From assembly GCA_963820525.1 (NCBI GenBank), contig CAWGAA010000002.1:480001-544000 (forward strand): a DNA stretch of 64,000 bases, written 5' to 3'. The stretch is from an uncultured Spirochaetota bacterium (GTDB lineage: Bacteria > Spirochaetota > Spirochaetia > SZUA-6 > Fen-1364). Numbering within the stretch: position 1 is the stretch's first letter; the number at the start of each line of letters is the position of its first letter. The position numbers and the translations under genes were made by a program. The notes under the pieces are model-generated. The model saw nothing but the letters and a program-made list of their open reading frames with translations, was not told where the DNA came from and searched no databases. Below, piece after piece: positions 21,366-31,436 of this stretch.

Positions 21366-21841
21366 TATTGGCCGCGGAACGGAGTGTGACAGGCTCCGCA
21401 GGCCGCCTGGACCTTGGCGAACTGGGCCTGCGTCGCCGCCTTGTCCCCGCCGTCCGCGATTGCCATCAGGCTCTCGGCGGCGGCGTTGAGGGCCGCGGCC
21501 CCGGCCGTCACATCGGCGATCGCCGCTCCCTTGAAGAAGAACTTGTCTCCCGCCACGGGGTACACATCGGAATAGGTATCCTTGAAGAGAATGGGAATGA
21601 AGAGAGAAGTGGCCGCGATCCCCCGCGCGCTTGAAACGACCGCCTTCACGTTGTCCGCATTGAGCTTTGCCGCGATGTCGCCCGCCAGCGCGCCCTGAGT
21701 CCCCATCAGGAACTTGCGGACGGTGACATACTGCTTGGGCGAGGCGGTATCCGGCAGGAGCGGGTCGGTCGCGAACAGGGTGGATGCCGCTCCGGCAAGC
21801 TGAACGGCCGCGAGCGCCGCCAGGATGAAACCTTTTTTCAT
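21362..21841 (-). CDS. Class II c-type cytochrome (cytochrome c'-like), exported
   Basis: Signal peptide, Ala-rich helical body, C-terminal CGACH followed by FR; GGAGG RBS. Confidence 0.8.
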   Translation of the reverse strand: MKKGFILAALAAVQLAGAASTLFATDPLLPDTASPKQYVTVRKFLMGTQGALAGDIAAKLNADNVKAVVSSARGIAATSLFIPILFKDTYSDVYPVAGDKFFFKGAAIADVTAGAAALNAAAESLMAIADGGDKAATQAQFAKVQAACGACHTPFRGQY

Positions 21842-21953
21842 ACGGACCTCCTGCAAAATGGAACGTTTCTTTCTCTTTTTTCAATATACTGGCGGCGGGC
21901 GCCGGCGTGACCGACGATTGCGCAACCTCTTGCCATTGCCGTATCTTCTCTTC

Positions 21954-24014
21954 GTGAGCTCCCCCCACGCGCGTCAGTCATCCGCCATTAGGTTCGCCGG
22001 ACTCGCGCTGCTGGTCGTGCCCATTCTCCTCATGGCCACGTTTCGAAAGTCCGCCTTCAGCATCTCCGACCTGCTGTATGCCGGGCTGCTCGCGCTGCAC
22101 GCGGGATGCGCGCTGTCTTTTCTCGTCCGCGGCCTGTCGCGCGGCGGGCTCGCCGTGCACCGCAGGTCCTTTTTTCCCGTGCTCTACAGGGCCCCCGAGG
22201 TGCTCCTGACGGTTTCCCTCGTCTTCCTGCTCTTTGTCTATATCTACGCGACAAACGCCAATATGAGCTACGTGCAGAGGTTCATTGCGACGGGAGGCAA
22301 CCTGGGCCTGGCGCCGAACAGCGACCAGGAGCGGCTGGCGGCTGCGGTGAGGTTCCTGCCCCTCCTGGCCGCCGACTTTTCCCTGTTCGTCTTTTCGCGC
22401 CTCTTTGCAGGAGCTTCCCCGGTGCCCGCGGCTGTAAAGCAGTTCCCGGTCCTTGCGGCCGTCCGGCCATGGGCCCTTCCCCTATGCATGCTCTCCGGCG
22501 TCCTCTACGCCCTCTGCTTTCCGTCGTTTCTCTCGGAGGACGGGTTTCCCGCGCTCGGATACGTCTGCCTCATTCCCCTTCTGGTCGCCCTTCAGGCCGA
22601 GGACGCGGGCTGGGGCGTCTTCCTCGGCACCGCGTTCGGGCTGATCCAGTCGATGATAACCAACTATTGGCTGGGGACTTTCGACCTGGTGTCGCTTCAG
22701 TTCCAGACCGGGGTTTCCCTGGTCGAATACCTTCCGTTCATGGCAATTACCCTGCCGCTGGCTAGGCGCGCGGGAAAGCTTTCTTTCCTGGTTTTCCCCG
22801 CCGCCTGGACCCTCTTCGACTATCTCAAGAGCCTCGGGTTTCTCGGCTATCCCTGGGACATGCTCGGCACCTCCCAATACAGGGCGATACCGTTGATCCA
22901 GATCTCTTCCATTACGGGGGTCTGGGGCGTTACGTTCCTCCTCACGCTCTTCAACGCGGCAGCCGCCGAAGCGATAGCGACCCTGGGCGCCGGAAAACGG
23001 CCGCGGACCATGCCGTTCGCCGTCGTGGCTGCTACCTTTTGCGCGGCCCTCGCATGGGGGGCGGTCCGCATCGCGGCGGTGGACTCCGTGCTGGCCTCCG
23101 CCGGAACGCCTGTCGTGAGGCTCGCCCTTGTCCAGCAGAATGGGGACCCGCGAAAGGACGACTACAGAAGGGACTTCGAGACGCTCGAAAGGCTCACTGA
23201 CCGCTCGCTTTCCTCCACGCCGGACCTCGTCGTGTGGTCGGAGACCGCGTTCGTCGCCAACATCAGACGGTGGAGCGCCGAGGACCCGGCCAAGGAGCCG
23301 CTCGCGGCGCTGGTTCGGGATTTCCTCGCATACCAGAAGTCGATTGGGACCTGGCTGCTCACGGGCAACGACGACTACGAGCTTGTGGCGGGCCCTCAGG
23401 GAGAAAAGAGGCTCGACTACAATGCCGCGGTTCTCTTCTCTCCCGATGGCCGCAGGGTGGAAACGTACCACAAGATCCATCTCGTCCCCTTTACCGAGTA
23501 CTTCCCCTACGCCAAAGAGCTCCCTCAAGTAGCCGCCCTTTTAAAAAACTTCGACGTGCATCTGTGGGAGCCGGGAAGACGGCGCGTGGTTTTTCGTACC
23601 CCCTCCTTTTCATTCTCCACGCCGATATGCTTCGAGGATGTCTTCCCATCGGATGTCCGCGCCTTCGTCGCCGCCGGGGCGGATGCCATCGTCAATCTCT
23701 CCAACGACTACTGGTCTCTCACCCACGCCGAGGCCATGCAGCATGCCGTGAACGGACTTTTCCGAGCTGTGGAAAACGGCAAGCCCCTGGCCCGCGCCGC
23801 CGCCTCGGGGCTCACCTGCCTCGTGGATCCGCTGGGCAGGATCACGGCGCGCGCTCCCCTGTACGAACAGGCGCTCCTCACGGTGGACATGAAGCTCCCG
23901 CACCTTGCGCCCACCCCCTATGCACTGCTGGGAGACTGGTTCCCTTGGGTGATGGCCGCCCTGCTCATCCTGACCGCCGGCATCGCCGCGAGGCGGTCCC
24001 GGGAAAGCCGCTGA
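21954..24014 (+). CDS. lnt: Apolipoprotein N-acyltransferase with extra N-terminal TM region
   Basis: VVWSETA, YHKIHLVPFTEYFP, PICFED, NLSND, RAVENG; start uncertain. Confidence 0.88.
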   Translation: MSSPHARQSSAIRFAGLALLVVPILLMATFRKSAFSISDLLYAGLLALHAGCALSFLVRGLSRGGLAVHRRSFFPVLYRAPEVLLTVSLVFLLFVYIYATNANMSYVQRFIATGGNLGLAPNSDQERLAAAVRFLPLLAADFSLFVFSRLFAGASPVPAAVKQFPVLAAVRPWALPLCMLSGVLYALCFPSFLSEDGFPALGYVCLIPLLVALQAEDAGWGVFLGTAFGLIQSMITNYWLGTFDLVSLQFQTGVSLVEYLPFMAITLPLARRAGKLSFLVFPAAWTLFDYLKSLGFLGYPWDMLGTSQYRAIPLIQISSITGVWGVTFLLTLFNAAAAEAIATLGAGKRPRTMPFAVVAATFCAALAWGAVRIAAVDSVLASAGTPVVRLALVQQNGDPRKDDYRRDFETLERLTDRSLSSTPDLVVWSETAFVANIRRWSAEDPAKEPLAALVRDFLAYQKSIGTWLLTGNDDYELVAGPQGEKRLDYNAAVLFSPDGRRVETYHKIHLVPFTEYFPYAKELPQVAALLKNFDVHLWEPGRRRVVFRTPSFSFSTPICFEDVFPSDVRAFVAAGADAIVNLSNDYWSLTHAEAMQHAVNGLFRAVENGKPLARAAASGLTCLVDPLGRITARAPLYEQALLTVDMKLPHLAPTPYALLGDWFPWVMAALLILTAGIAARRSRESR

Positions 24015-24736
24015 TGGCAGAGCGCAGAATCCGCATGCTCTATTCGATCCTCCTGGAAGCCTACGGCCATCAGGGCTGGTGGCCATTGGCTTCCTGCGTC
24101 CGGCGGAGAGGCTTCGACGAGCGCGGCTACCATCCCGGAAACTACCGGGTGCCCGCCACACCGGCCCAAAGGCTGGAGATCATCTTCGGCGCCATCCTCA
24201 CCCAGAACACCGCCTGGGCGAACGCTGAAAAAGCCCTCATGCGCATGTTTGACGCCGAAATCCGCACGCCGGGAGATTTGAAAGCCTGCACATCCAGAAG
24301 ACTTGCCCGGCTCATCATGCCCTCGGGGTACTACAACCAGAAAGCCCGCAAGCTGAAAGCCCTCGAGCCGCTGCTGGAATCTCCCGGTGCGCTTACCGGG
24401 CGCGCGCCCCCGTCGCGGAACGGCCTTCTCTCCATCTGGGGAATTGGGGAGGAGACGGCGGATTCCATCCTCCTCTATGCCTTCCACCTGCCGTTCTTCG
24501 TCGTGGATGCGTACACCCGGCGCCTGCTCCAGCGCATCGGGATCCTCCACGGCGGTGAGAGCTACGGGGACATCCAGCGGATCTTCCAGGCCGCCCTTGC
24601 CCCCGACCACGAGCTTTCGAACGAGTACCATGCCCTCATCGTGGAGCACGCCAAGAGGCGCTGCAGAACCAGGCCGCTGTGCGAAGGCTGCCCCGTTCTC
24701 ATCTGCCCTTCCCGAATCGAGCCGAAGGGGACGTGA
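24014..24736 (+). CDS. HhH-GPD DNA glycosylase / endonuclease III-related protein
   Basis: GAILTQNTAW, GYYNQKA, GIGEETADSILLYA, VVDAYTRR, C-terminal Cys cluster. Confidence 0.9.
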   Translation: MAERRIRMLYSILLEAYGHQGWWPLASCVRRRGFDERGYHPGNYRVPATPAQRLEIIFGAILTQNTAWANAEKALMRMFDAEIRTPGDLKACTSRRLARLIMPSGYYNQKARKLKALEPLLESPGALTGRAPPSRNGLLSIWGIGEETADSILLYAFHLPFFVVDAYTRRLLQRIGILHGGESYGDIQRIFQAALAPDHELSNEYHALIVEHAKRRCRTRPLCEGCPVLICPSRIEPKGT

Positions 24737-24823
24737 GGCTTCGGGGAGCCCCTTGGCATTCGGCCTCGCCTCGACCGATGCCCGGCTTGAATTCAGGCCC
24801 GTTCTGGATCACCATTTCAGGCC

Positions 24824-26014
24824 ATGGGAAACGGGAGCGCGCAAGGCTTCATCGTGGTGAGCGGGCACCTCTGCCTCGACATCATCCCGGCATTTCCCTA
24901 TTCTGAAAATCCGCACGAATACTTTCGTCCGGGAAGGCTTTCCGTTGTCGGGCAGCCCGTCGTCTCCACGGGAGGCGCGGTTTCCAACGTGGGCATCAGC
25001 CTGCACAGGCTCGGCATTCCCGCCAGGCTCCTGGCCAGGGTCGGAAACGATTCTTTCGGCAGGCTCGTCCTCGAGCACATCGGGCGTCAGGGCGAAGAGC
25101 TCTCGCGGTGGATCTCCCAGGTTGAGGGCGAGACAAGCTCCTACACGGTCGTGCTCAGCCCCCCGGGTGTAGACCGGATCTTTCTGCATTGCCCCGGTTC
25201 CAACGATACCTTTACGGAAAGGGACGTGAGCGACGCGGCGCTCCAGGGCGCCCGGATATTCCATTTCGGCTACCCGCCTCTGATGAAGGGGATCTATTCC
25301 GACGGCGGGCGAGGCCTCGGCGGCCTGTTTAGAAGGGCGAAAGCGCGCGGCGCGCTCACGTCACTCGACCTGAGCCTTCCGGATCCCGACAGCGATTCAG
25401 GCCGCGTGGATTGGGAAGCATTCCTCGCCCAGGTGCTCCCACAGGTAGACATCTTCGTGCCGAGCATCGAAGAGCTTGCTTTCATGCTCGACCGTCCGCT
25501 GTTCCAGCGGCTCTCCTCCCGAGGGGGCGCGGACCCGATCGGCGGGGGGGTCCTGCTCGGCGAGCTTGCAGAGCTTGCGCGACGGGCCCTCGACTTCGGC
25601 GTCCGCGTCGTCCTGATAAAGCTGGGAGCCCGGGGCGCGTACCTCCGCACGGGAAGCGGGGGATTGCGTGATGGAGGCGGATGGATGGACAGGGAGCTGT
25701 ATGCCCCCGCATTCGCCGTCGATCGGCCGGCAGGGACGACGGGGGCGGGGGACGCCGCCATTGCGGGCTTCCTCGCGTCGATTTTCAAGGGCATTCCGGC
25801 AGACCGTGCTCTCACAATGGCTGTCGCGGTGGGAGGATGCTGCGTGGAGGCTCCCGACGCCACCTCAGGCGTGGGAACCTGGGAAGAAACCCTCGCCCGC
25901 GTGCAGGGGGGATGGAGGCGCGTACCCGCGGAGGTCACGGAGACCGGCTGGCGCCGCGACAGAGACGGCACCTGGGCGGGGCCAGGGGACAAGGGCGAGC
26001 CGGGCTGCTACTGA
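24824..26014 (+). CDS. PfkB-family carbohydrate kinase
   Basis: GGAVSN, VGNDSFG, GTTGAGDAAIAGF. Confidence 0.9.
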   Translation: MGNGSAQGFIVVSGHLCLDIIPAFPYSENPHEYFRPGRLSVVGQPVVSTGGAVSNVGISLHRLGIPARLLARVGNDSFGRLVLEHIGRQGEELSRWISQVEGETSSYTVVLSPPGVDRIFLHCPGSNDTFTERDVSDAALQGARIFHFGYPPLMKGIYSDGGRGLGGLFRRAKARGALTSLDLSLPDPDSDSGRVDWEAFLAQVLPQVDIFVPSIEELAFMLDRPLFQRLSSRGGADPIGGGVLLGELAELARRALDFGVRVVLIKLGARGAYLRTGSGGLRDGGGWMDRELYAPAFAVDRPAGTTGAGDAAIAGFLASIFKGIPADRALTMAVAVGGCCVEAPDATSGVGTWEETLARVQGGWRRVPAEVTETGWRRDRDGTWAGPGDKGEPGCY

Positions 26015-27546
26015 CCTGAATCGAAGATGGTCTTTCCGACCTCGAAGGATTTGAGATCCACTTTTTTTCTATATTCCTCGACATCGGCCAGCTCGCGCTC
26101 AAGCTCGGTGAACCGGTAGGCGAAAGCCCCGTCAGCCTGTTGGACGGGCTCGGCCGACTTCAATGCCGCAAAGCGGCGGACGATCCTGTCCCTCACCCGA
26201 TCGTATCTCTTCGGCGTGGACTCGGCGCCGTCCGGGCCGATGTTCCTGGGATCCACGTGCGAAGGATTGGCCAGGATGTGGGAGTAGATCCGCTTTTTCA
26301 GATTCTCCTCCTGGATGGTCTGGTTCTGCCGGTCCAGGCGGATCTTGCGCAGAAGGGGGATCAGGAAGAAGAGCACGGAGAAGGCAACCGGCACGATGCC
26401 CAGCGCAATCGAGATGAGCGGGACAGGGTTCGCGACGCCGAGGCTTTGAAGCCCGTGGTAGGTGATGTAATACAGGAAAGTGAGAAAATCGGTCCGGCCC
26501 TGAGATTCGGGGCCGATGCCGACGACGAAGGACATGCCCGGGGTCAGGGGGAAGAAGAGAAACACGGACCCGAAGAGGAGATTGAAGGCGTTGAAGAAGC
26601 CGATCCACCCATTGGTCCTCTTCTTGTTGGCCGAGAAGGGGACGGGAGACTTTTCAATGGGGCTTGAAAGGGAGACCGAGCCGAAAGACTTCTGCTCGCT
26701 CTCCGTTGTCCGCAGCAGCTCGGGGAACGCAAAGATGATCGTCCCGTCGTCCGTGACCCTCGGCTCTCCCTCGAACTCCAGCAGGTAGCGGTTGATGAGG
26801 GCCTGCGCCTCCTCGCTGTCCCTGCCGGTGAGGGTCATGAGCTCCTCGATCGTCATCACGCCCCGCTTGCTCCTGATGTAGGAGATGACGTGGGTTTTTT
26901 CAGCCGTGTCCCACCCCAGGTTCGCCTCCCCTTCGCCGAACACGAAACCGAAGACCGACTTGTAGAATGGCCTTCCCGGCGGCCTGCGCTGCCGCGAGCC
27001 TTGAACCCCCTGGAGCAGGCTCGAGGTGAACCACATCCGCAGCACCAGATCGAACAGCCGCATGACGAGGAACATGGCCCCGAAGCCGTCGCCGCCCCGC
27101 CGCGAGCGGCCGCCCCTGTCCCGGCTCCCCGCCGCGCTCGCCGCCATGGAAGCCACGACAGCCAGCACCACCAGCGCAACGAAGACCAGGAAGTAGCCGA
27201 CGAGCATCACGACGATCCAGATCTTGAACAGGAATGAGAGCACCCGCGCCGCGGCAGAGAGGAAGCTCTTCAAGAATCGCCTGGCGGCGGGGCCGAAGCC
27301 GCGTTTCGTGCTCCGCATTCCCGAGGGGAACGAGTAGAGAAGCTCGCCCGACTCCGTCACTTTCAGCTGCCCGGCATACTCGTCGAGAGCCACCCTGGCC
27401 GCCCGCTCCACCTGGTACTTCGGCAGTCCCGTGCCCGCAATCATGTCTGCGATTGTCGACTCGTTTCTCCGTCTCTTGAGGAAAGAGACGAGCTGGCCTT
27501 CGACTCTTTCCATGGGAAAATCGTAGACTTTGCGGGTGCTCACCAC
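26008..27546 (-). CDS. Conserved hypothetical membrane protein
   Basis: 512 aa; duplicated G..V(T)E.G.(L/I)Y.FP motif, SVFGFVFGEG, TM helices. Confidence 0.75.
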   Translation of the reverse strand: MVSTRKVYDFPMERVEGQLVSFLKRRRNESTIADMIAGTGLPKYQVERAARVALDEYAGQLKVTESGELLYSFPSGMRSTKRGFGPAARRFLKSFLSAAARVLSFLFKIWIVVMLVGYFLVFVALVVLAVVASMAASAAGSRDRGGRSRRGGDGFGAMFLVMRLFDLVLRMWFTSSLLQGVQGSRQRRPPGRPFYKSVFGFVFGEGEANLGWDTAEKTHVISYIRSKRGVMTIEELMTLTGRDSEEAQALINRYLLEFEGEPRVTDDGTIIFAFPELLRTTESEQKSFGSVSLSSPIEKSPVPFSANKKRTNGWIGFFNAFNLLFGSVFLFFPLTPGMSFVVGIGPESQGRTDFLTFLYYITYHGLQSLGVANPVPLISIALGIVPVAFSVLFFLIPLLRKIRLDRQNQTIQEENLKKRIYSHILANPSHVDPRNIGPDGAESTPKRYDRVRDRIVRRFAALKSAEPVQQADGAFAYRFTELERELADVEEYRKKVDLKSFEVGKTIFDSGQ

Positions 27547-27715
27547 GAGGCGCCTCCTGGACTCGATGTTTCATATCAATGGTACACCACAATGCCGCTA
27601 AAGGGAACCCGGCGGCTTCGGGGGGCTTGACACCTGCCGCCATCTTTTGATAGGTTTATAAATCGTTGTTTGCGAAACAATTGGATGAACCCCACGGGGC
27701 GATTTCGGGAGGTAC

Positions 27716-27988
27716 GTGTCTTTGAGCAGAAACTTAGCCGCAGAAAAGAGCGATAGGCAGAGCGAGAAGCGGCGCCTGCGCAACAGGATGATCAAGAGCA
27801 AGGCCAAGACCCTCGTCAAGGAACTGATCGATCTGGTGAACGAGAAGAAAAAGGACGAGGCGAAGAAGGCCTACGTCGAGCTTTCCTCTTTCCTCGACAA
27901 GGCCGTCACGAAGGGCATCTACCACAAGAACACGGCCTCGCGCAAGAAATCGCGGATGAACGTCCTGCTGAACACTTTGGGAGCATAG
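27716..27988 (+). CDS. rpsT: 30S ribosomal protein S20
   Basis: AEK..RQSEKRRLRN..KS; LDKAVTKGIYHKNTASRKKSR. Confidence 0.95.
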   Translation: MSLSRNLAAEKSDRQSEKRRLRNRMIKSKAKTLVKELIDLVNEKKKDEAKKAYVELSSFLDKAVTKGIYHKNTASRKKSRMNVLLNTLGA

Positions 27989-28000
27989 CGGGTTATCATC

Positions 28001-28300
28001 GTGGCCAGGGAGAAGCTTTCCAAGGCCGAAATCGTCGAGAATATCTACCCTTTGGTCAAGGTCAGCAAGAAGAGCATCCACAGGATCATCGACATGTTCT
28101 TCGATCAGATCAAGATGGGGCTTCTTTCGGACCGCATCATAGAGCTTCGGGGGCTTGGCACCTTCGAGATACGAACACGCAAGGGCAGAAAAGCGCGCAA
28201 CCCCAAGACGGGTGATTCTGTCATGGTGAGAAACCACGGAGTGGCGCATTTCAGGCCGGGCAGGGAGCTCAAGCAGAAGGTCTGGGACCTTCGCAGTTAG
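28001..28300 (+). CDS. HU/IHF-family DNA-binding protein (Hbb-like)
   Basis: IELRGLGTFE..RKGRKARNPKTG..FRPGRELK. Confidence 0.93.
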   Translation: MAREKLSKAEIVENIYPLVKVSKKSIHRIIDMFFDQIKMGLLSDRIIELRGLGTFEIRTRKGRKARNPKTGDSVMVRNHGVAHFRPGRELKQKVWDLRS

Positions 28301-28301
28301 C

Positions 28302-29998
28302 ATGACTCCGAGAGCCGGCTCCTCTCCTGCTGATCGACGGCGCCGAGCGGGCGGCGGTCGCGGGGAGGCGAGCCTTTCGCGGATTGCGCGCCGCAGTCCG
28401 CTCGTCAAGGTCCTCGCGGACCTCGGCCTTCTCTCTCTCGCGGCGCTGCTGTTCTCGCTGTCGTTTCCGAGCTTCCTCTCGGATTGGGGATGGCCTCCCC
28501 TGGCTTTCTTCTGCCTCGTCCCGCTCTTCATTGCGGCTCATCGGGCGTCGTGGCCCGCCGTTCCATTCTACGGGATCTTTTTCGGGTACGTGAGCTACGC
28601 GATATTCAACTACTGGCTGGGCAAGTTCCATCCCCTGACGCTCCTGGTGGTCCCGCCGATCTACGCATCATACTTTCTCGTCGTGCTGCCCGCGATCAAG
28701 CTCGCCGACACATTGCTTCCCGATTACGGCTTCCTGGTCCAGTCGGCCCTCTGGGTCTGCTACGAGTACTTTCTCAAGTCCAACGGCTTTCTCGCATACA
28801 CCTATGGGAACATGGGCTACTCGCAGTACCTCTTCCTCCCCTTCATCCGTATTTCCAGCCTTTTCGGGGTCTGGGGGGTCTCGCTTCTCGTCGTGCTTCC
28901 ATCGGCGATCATTGCGGCCGTGTTTCGAAACGGAGCGGCGGGCGCCCGCGCGAGGCTGAAGATGCACGCCCCCGCCATGGCGGCGTACGTCGTGGTGTTT
29001 GTCGGCGTGATCGCGTTCGGCCTTGCCACGCGGAGCGACCTCTCCGGCGCCCGGCAGTGGAAGGTGGCCCTCGTCCAGCAGAACGTTGACCCGTGGAAGG
29101 GGGGGTATTCGGCGTATGCCCAGTCCCTCGATGCCGATATCCGCCAGAGCGAGAAAGCGATGGCCGAGAAGCCCCAGATCGTGATCTGGTCAGAGACATC
29201 CTTCGTGCCGGCGATCGATTGGCACACCCGCTACCGCACCGACGAGCAGACCTACGCCCTGGTCAGGCGGCTGATCGATTACCTCGGCTCCCAGAGCGTT
29301 CCCTTCGTCGTGGGGAACGACGATGGAGAGCTGAAGCGGCGGGAATCGGGGCAGGAGGAGCGCGTCGACTACAATGCGGCCATCCTCTTCGACCACGGCA
29401 GGATGGTGGACACCTACCGCAAGCTCCACCTCGTGCCCTTCACAGAATACTTCCCCTACGAGCGTACCCTGCCGTGGGCCTATGCATGGCTGAAGAACGC
29501 CGACACGCATTTCTGGGAGAAGGGTGAGGTGTACACGGTCTTCCAGGCCGCCGGGGTGAAGTTCTCCACTCCCATCTGCTTCGAAGATACCTTCGGCTAT
29601 CTCTGCAGGGGCTTTTTCATCCACGGGGCCGAAGTTCTCGTCAACATCACGAACGACGCTTGGTCCTTCTCCGTCCCCGGGGCCATGCAGCACATGAGCA
29701 TGGCCGTGTTTCGCGCGGTGGAGAACAAGAGGTCCGTGGTCCGTTCGACCAACGGAGGAATCACCTGCATCATCGATCCCAACGGCAGAATAACGCGGAT
29801 CCTCCCCCCTTCGTGGAGTCGAACCTCGTGGGAGATGTCCCCGTGTACACGCGGGAGACGACCCTCTACACGCTCTGGGGCGATTGGCTGCCCTGGCTCC
29901 TTTTCGCGCTGTGCGCGGGAGGCCTCATTGCGGGGGCGGCGCGGACAATCCGGGCAAAAAGAGGCGCGGGGGCCTCCGGGAAACACGGCGCCGATTGA
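28302..29998 (+). CDS. lnt: Second apolipoprotein N-acyltransferase, apparent frameshift at C-run 29804-29809
   Basis: VIWSETS, YRKLHLVPFTEYFP, PICFED, RAVEN; true C-terminus PFVESNLVGDVPV..TLYTLWGDWLPW lies in the 29660-29998 frame. Confidence 0.88.
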
Positions 29999-30023
29999 CA
30001 GGACCGCGAAACTGGGCCAAAAT
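29995..30023 (+). promoter_or_regulatory. sigma70-like promoter for the response regulator
   Basis: TTGACA-17 bp-CAAAAT. Confidence 0.5.
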
Positions 30024-30050
30024 GTGCGCGGGATCGGGGAGAAGCAGAAT

Positions 30051-30797
30051 ATGAAGCTGAAAGGGAAAATCCTCATCGTCGACGACGAGCCGATCAACCT
30101 CGAGTTCTTCGATGTCATGCTGAGCAAGCTCGGCTTCGAGGTGGACAAGGCCATCGACGGGGAAGAAGCCCTCGAGAAGGTTCAGAGCGGAAATCCCGAT
30201 CTCATCATCCTCGACAACATCATGCCCAAGCTCTCGGGATGGGAAGTGACCCGGCTGCTCAAGCAGGGCAAGGAATACCGCAAGTACAGGAACATCCCGA
30301 TAATCATGTTCTCCGCCATGAACGAGGTGAAGGACAGGATCGACGGTTTCGAGCTGGGCGTCGACGACTACATAACCAAGCCCTTCAACTTCTCCGAGGT
30401 TCTTGCCCGCATCCGCGCCGTGCTCAGAAGCCGCGAGCTCACCAAGCAGCTCATGCGCCGGGAGAAGAGGATCGCTGTTGTCGAATCCCTCAACAACTCG
30501 CTGGTCTTCTTCACGCAGCACATCAAGAAACCGATCTCCGAGCTTCTCGAGCTCGCGGAGAAGACCAAGAGCGGGGACGGCGGCGCCGTGGAAGCCCTCA
30601 TCGAGAAGATCCGCGCCGAAGGGCGGGAGATTCTGGCCACTATACGGGGGCTGGAGGACGAGGTGGAAGAGCTGCAGAGCAAGGGAGAGAAGCTGCGGCG
30701 CGGAGATCTCTCCCTCGAAGACCTCGAGAGGAAGCTCCGCAAGCATCTTCGAAACTGGAAGAAGAGGCAGGAAAAACTCGAAGGGGTGGGCAGGTGA
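30051..30797 (+). CDS. Response regulator receiver protein with coiled-coil tail
   Basis: KILIVDDE, DLIILDNIMP, DDYITKPF. Confidence 0.9.
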   Translation: MKLKGKILIVDDEPINLEFFDVMLSKLGFEVDKAIDGEEALEKVQSGNPDLIILDNIMPKLSGWEVTRLLKQGKEYRKYRNIPIIMFSAMNEVKDRIDGFELGVDDYITKPFNFSEVLARIRAVLRSRELTKQLMRREKRIAVVESLNNSLVFFTQHIKKPISELLELAEKTKSGDGGAVEALIEKIRAEGREILATIRGLEDEVEELQSKGEKLRRGDLSLEDLERKLRKHLRNWKKRQEKLEGVGR

Positions 30798-31015
30798 TCA
30801 GCCAGGAAAAGATGTCGGTCCTCGAGCTTTTCGCGGAAGGCAGGAAGCTCTACAAGCTGATGAAGTTCGAGGAAGCGCGGGATGCTTTCGCAAAAGCGCT
30901 CAAGATAGATCCCGAGGACGGCCCATCGAAGGTCTACTACACGCGCTGCAAGCACTATATCGAAAACCCGCCTCCCGAGGATTGGGACGGCGTGTTCGTG
31001 ATGAAGACGAAGTAG
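30794..31015 (+). CDS. Small TPR protein
   Basis: GTGA overlap; FEEARDAFAKALKIDPEDGPSKVY..RC..PPPEDWDGVF. Confidence 0.8.
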   Translation: MISQEKMSVLELFAEGRKLYKLMKFEEARDAFAKALKIDPEDGPSKVYYTRCKHYIENPPPEDWDGVFVMKTK

Positions 31016-31022
31016 GTTTCCC

Positions 31023-31436
31023 ATGGCCAAGAACGAAGATCACAAGGGAATCGAGAAGATCTCCACGACTCTCGGCAAGGAGACGACCTTCAACGGCGTC
31101 ATGCGCTTCAAGGACTCGCTGAAGATCGACGGAGTTTTTACCGGGGAGATCGTTTCCACGGGGTTCCTCTACATCGAGAACGGGGCCATGGTCACGGCCA
31201 ACATCAAAGTGAACTCCATCGTCATCGGCGGCACCATCAAGGGCAACGTCGAGGCCACCGAGAAGCTGGAGATGCTGGCCACGGGCAAGGTTTTCGGGAA
31301 CATCAGGACGGCGAAGCTGAAAATCGCCGATGGGGTGGTCTTCGAGGGCAAGTGCGAGATGATCAAGAACCCCCAGGCAGTGAACATCTTCTCTGGGCCG
31401 GTGGACCAGCTGAAAAAAGCCGCTCAGAGTGTCTGA
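31023..31436 (+). CDS. Bactofilin / polymer-forming cytoskeletal protein
   Basis: TTLG..F.G....LKIDG.F.G beta-helix repeats, G.VFEG.C.M. Confidence 0.9.
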   Translation: MAKNEDHKGIEKISTTLGKETTFNGVMRFKDSLKIDGVFTGEIVSTGFLYIENGAMVTANIKVNSIVIGGTIKGNVEATEKLEMLATGKVFGNIRTAKLKIADGVVFEGKCEMIKNPQAVNIFSGPVDQLKKAAQSV

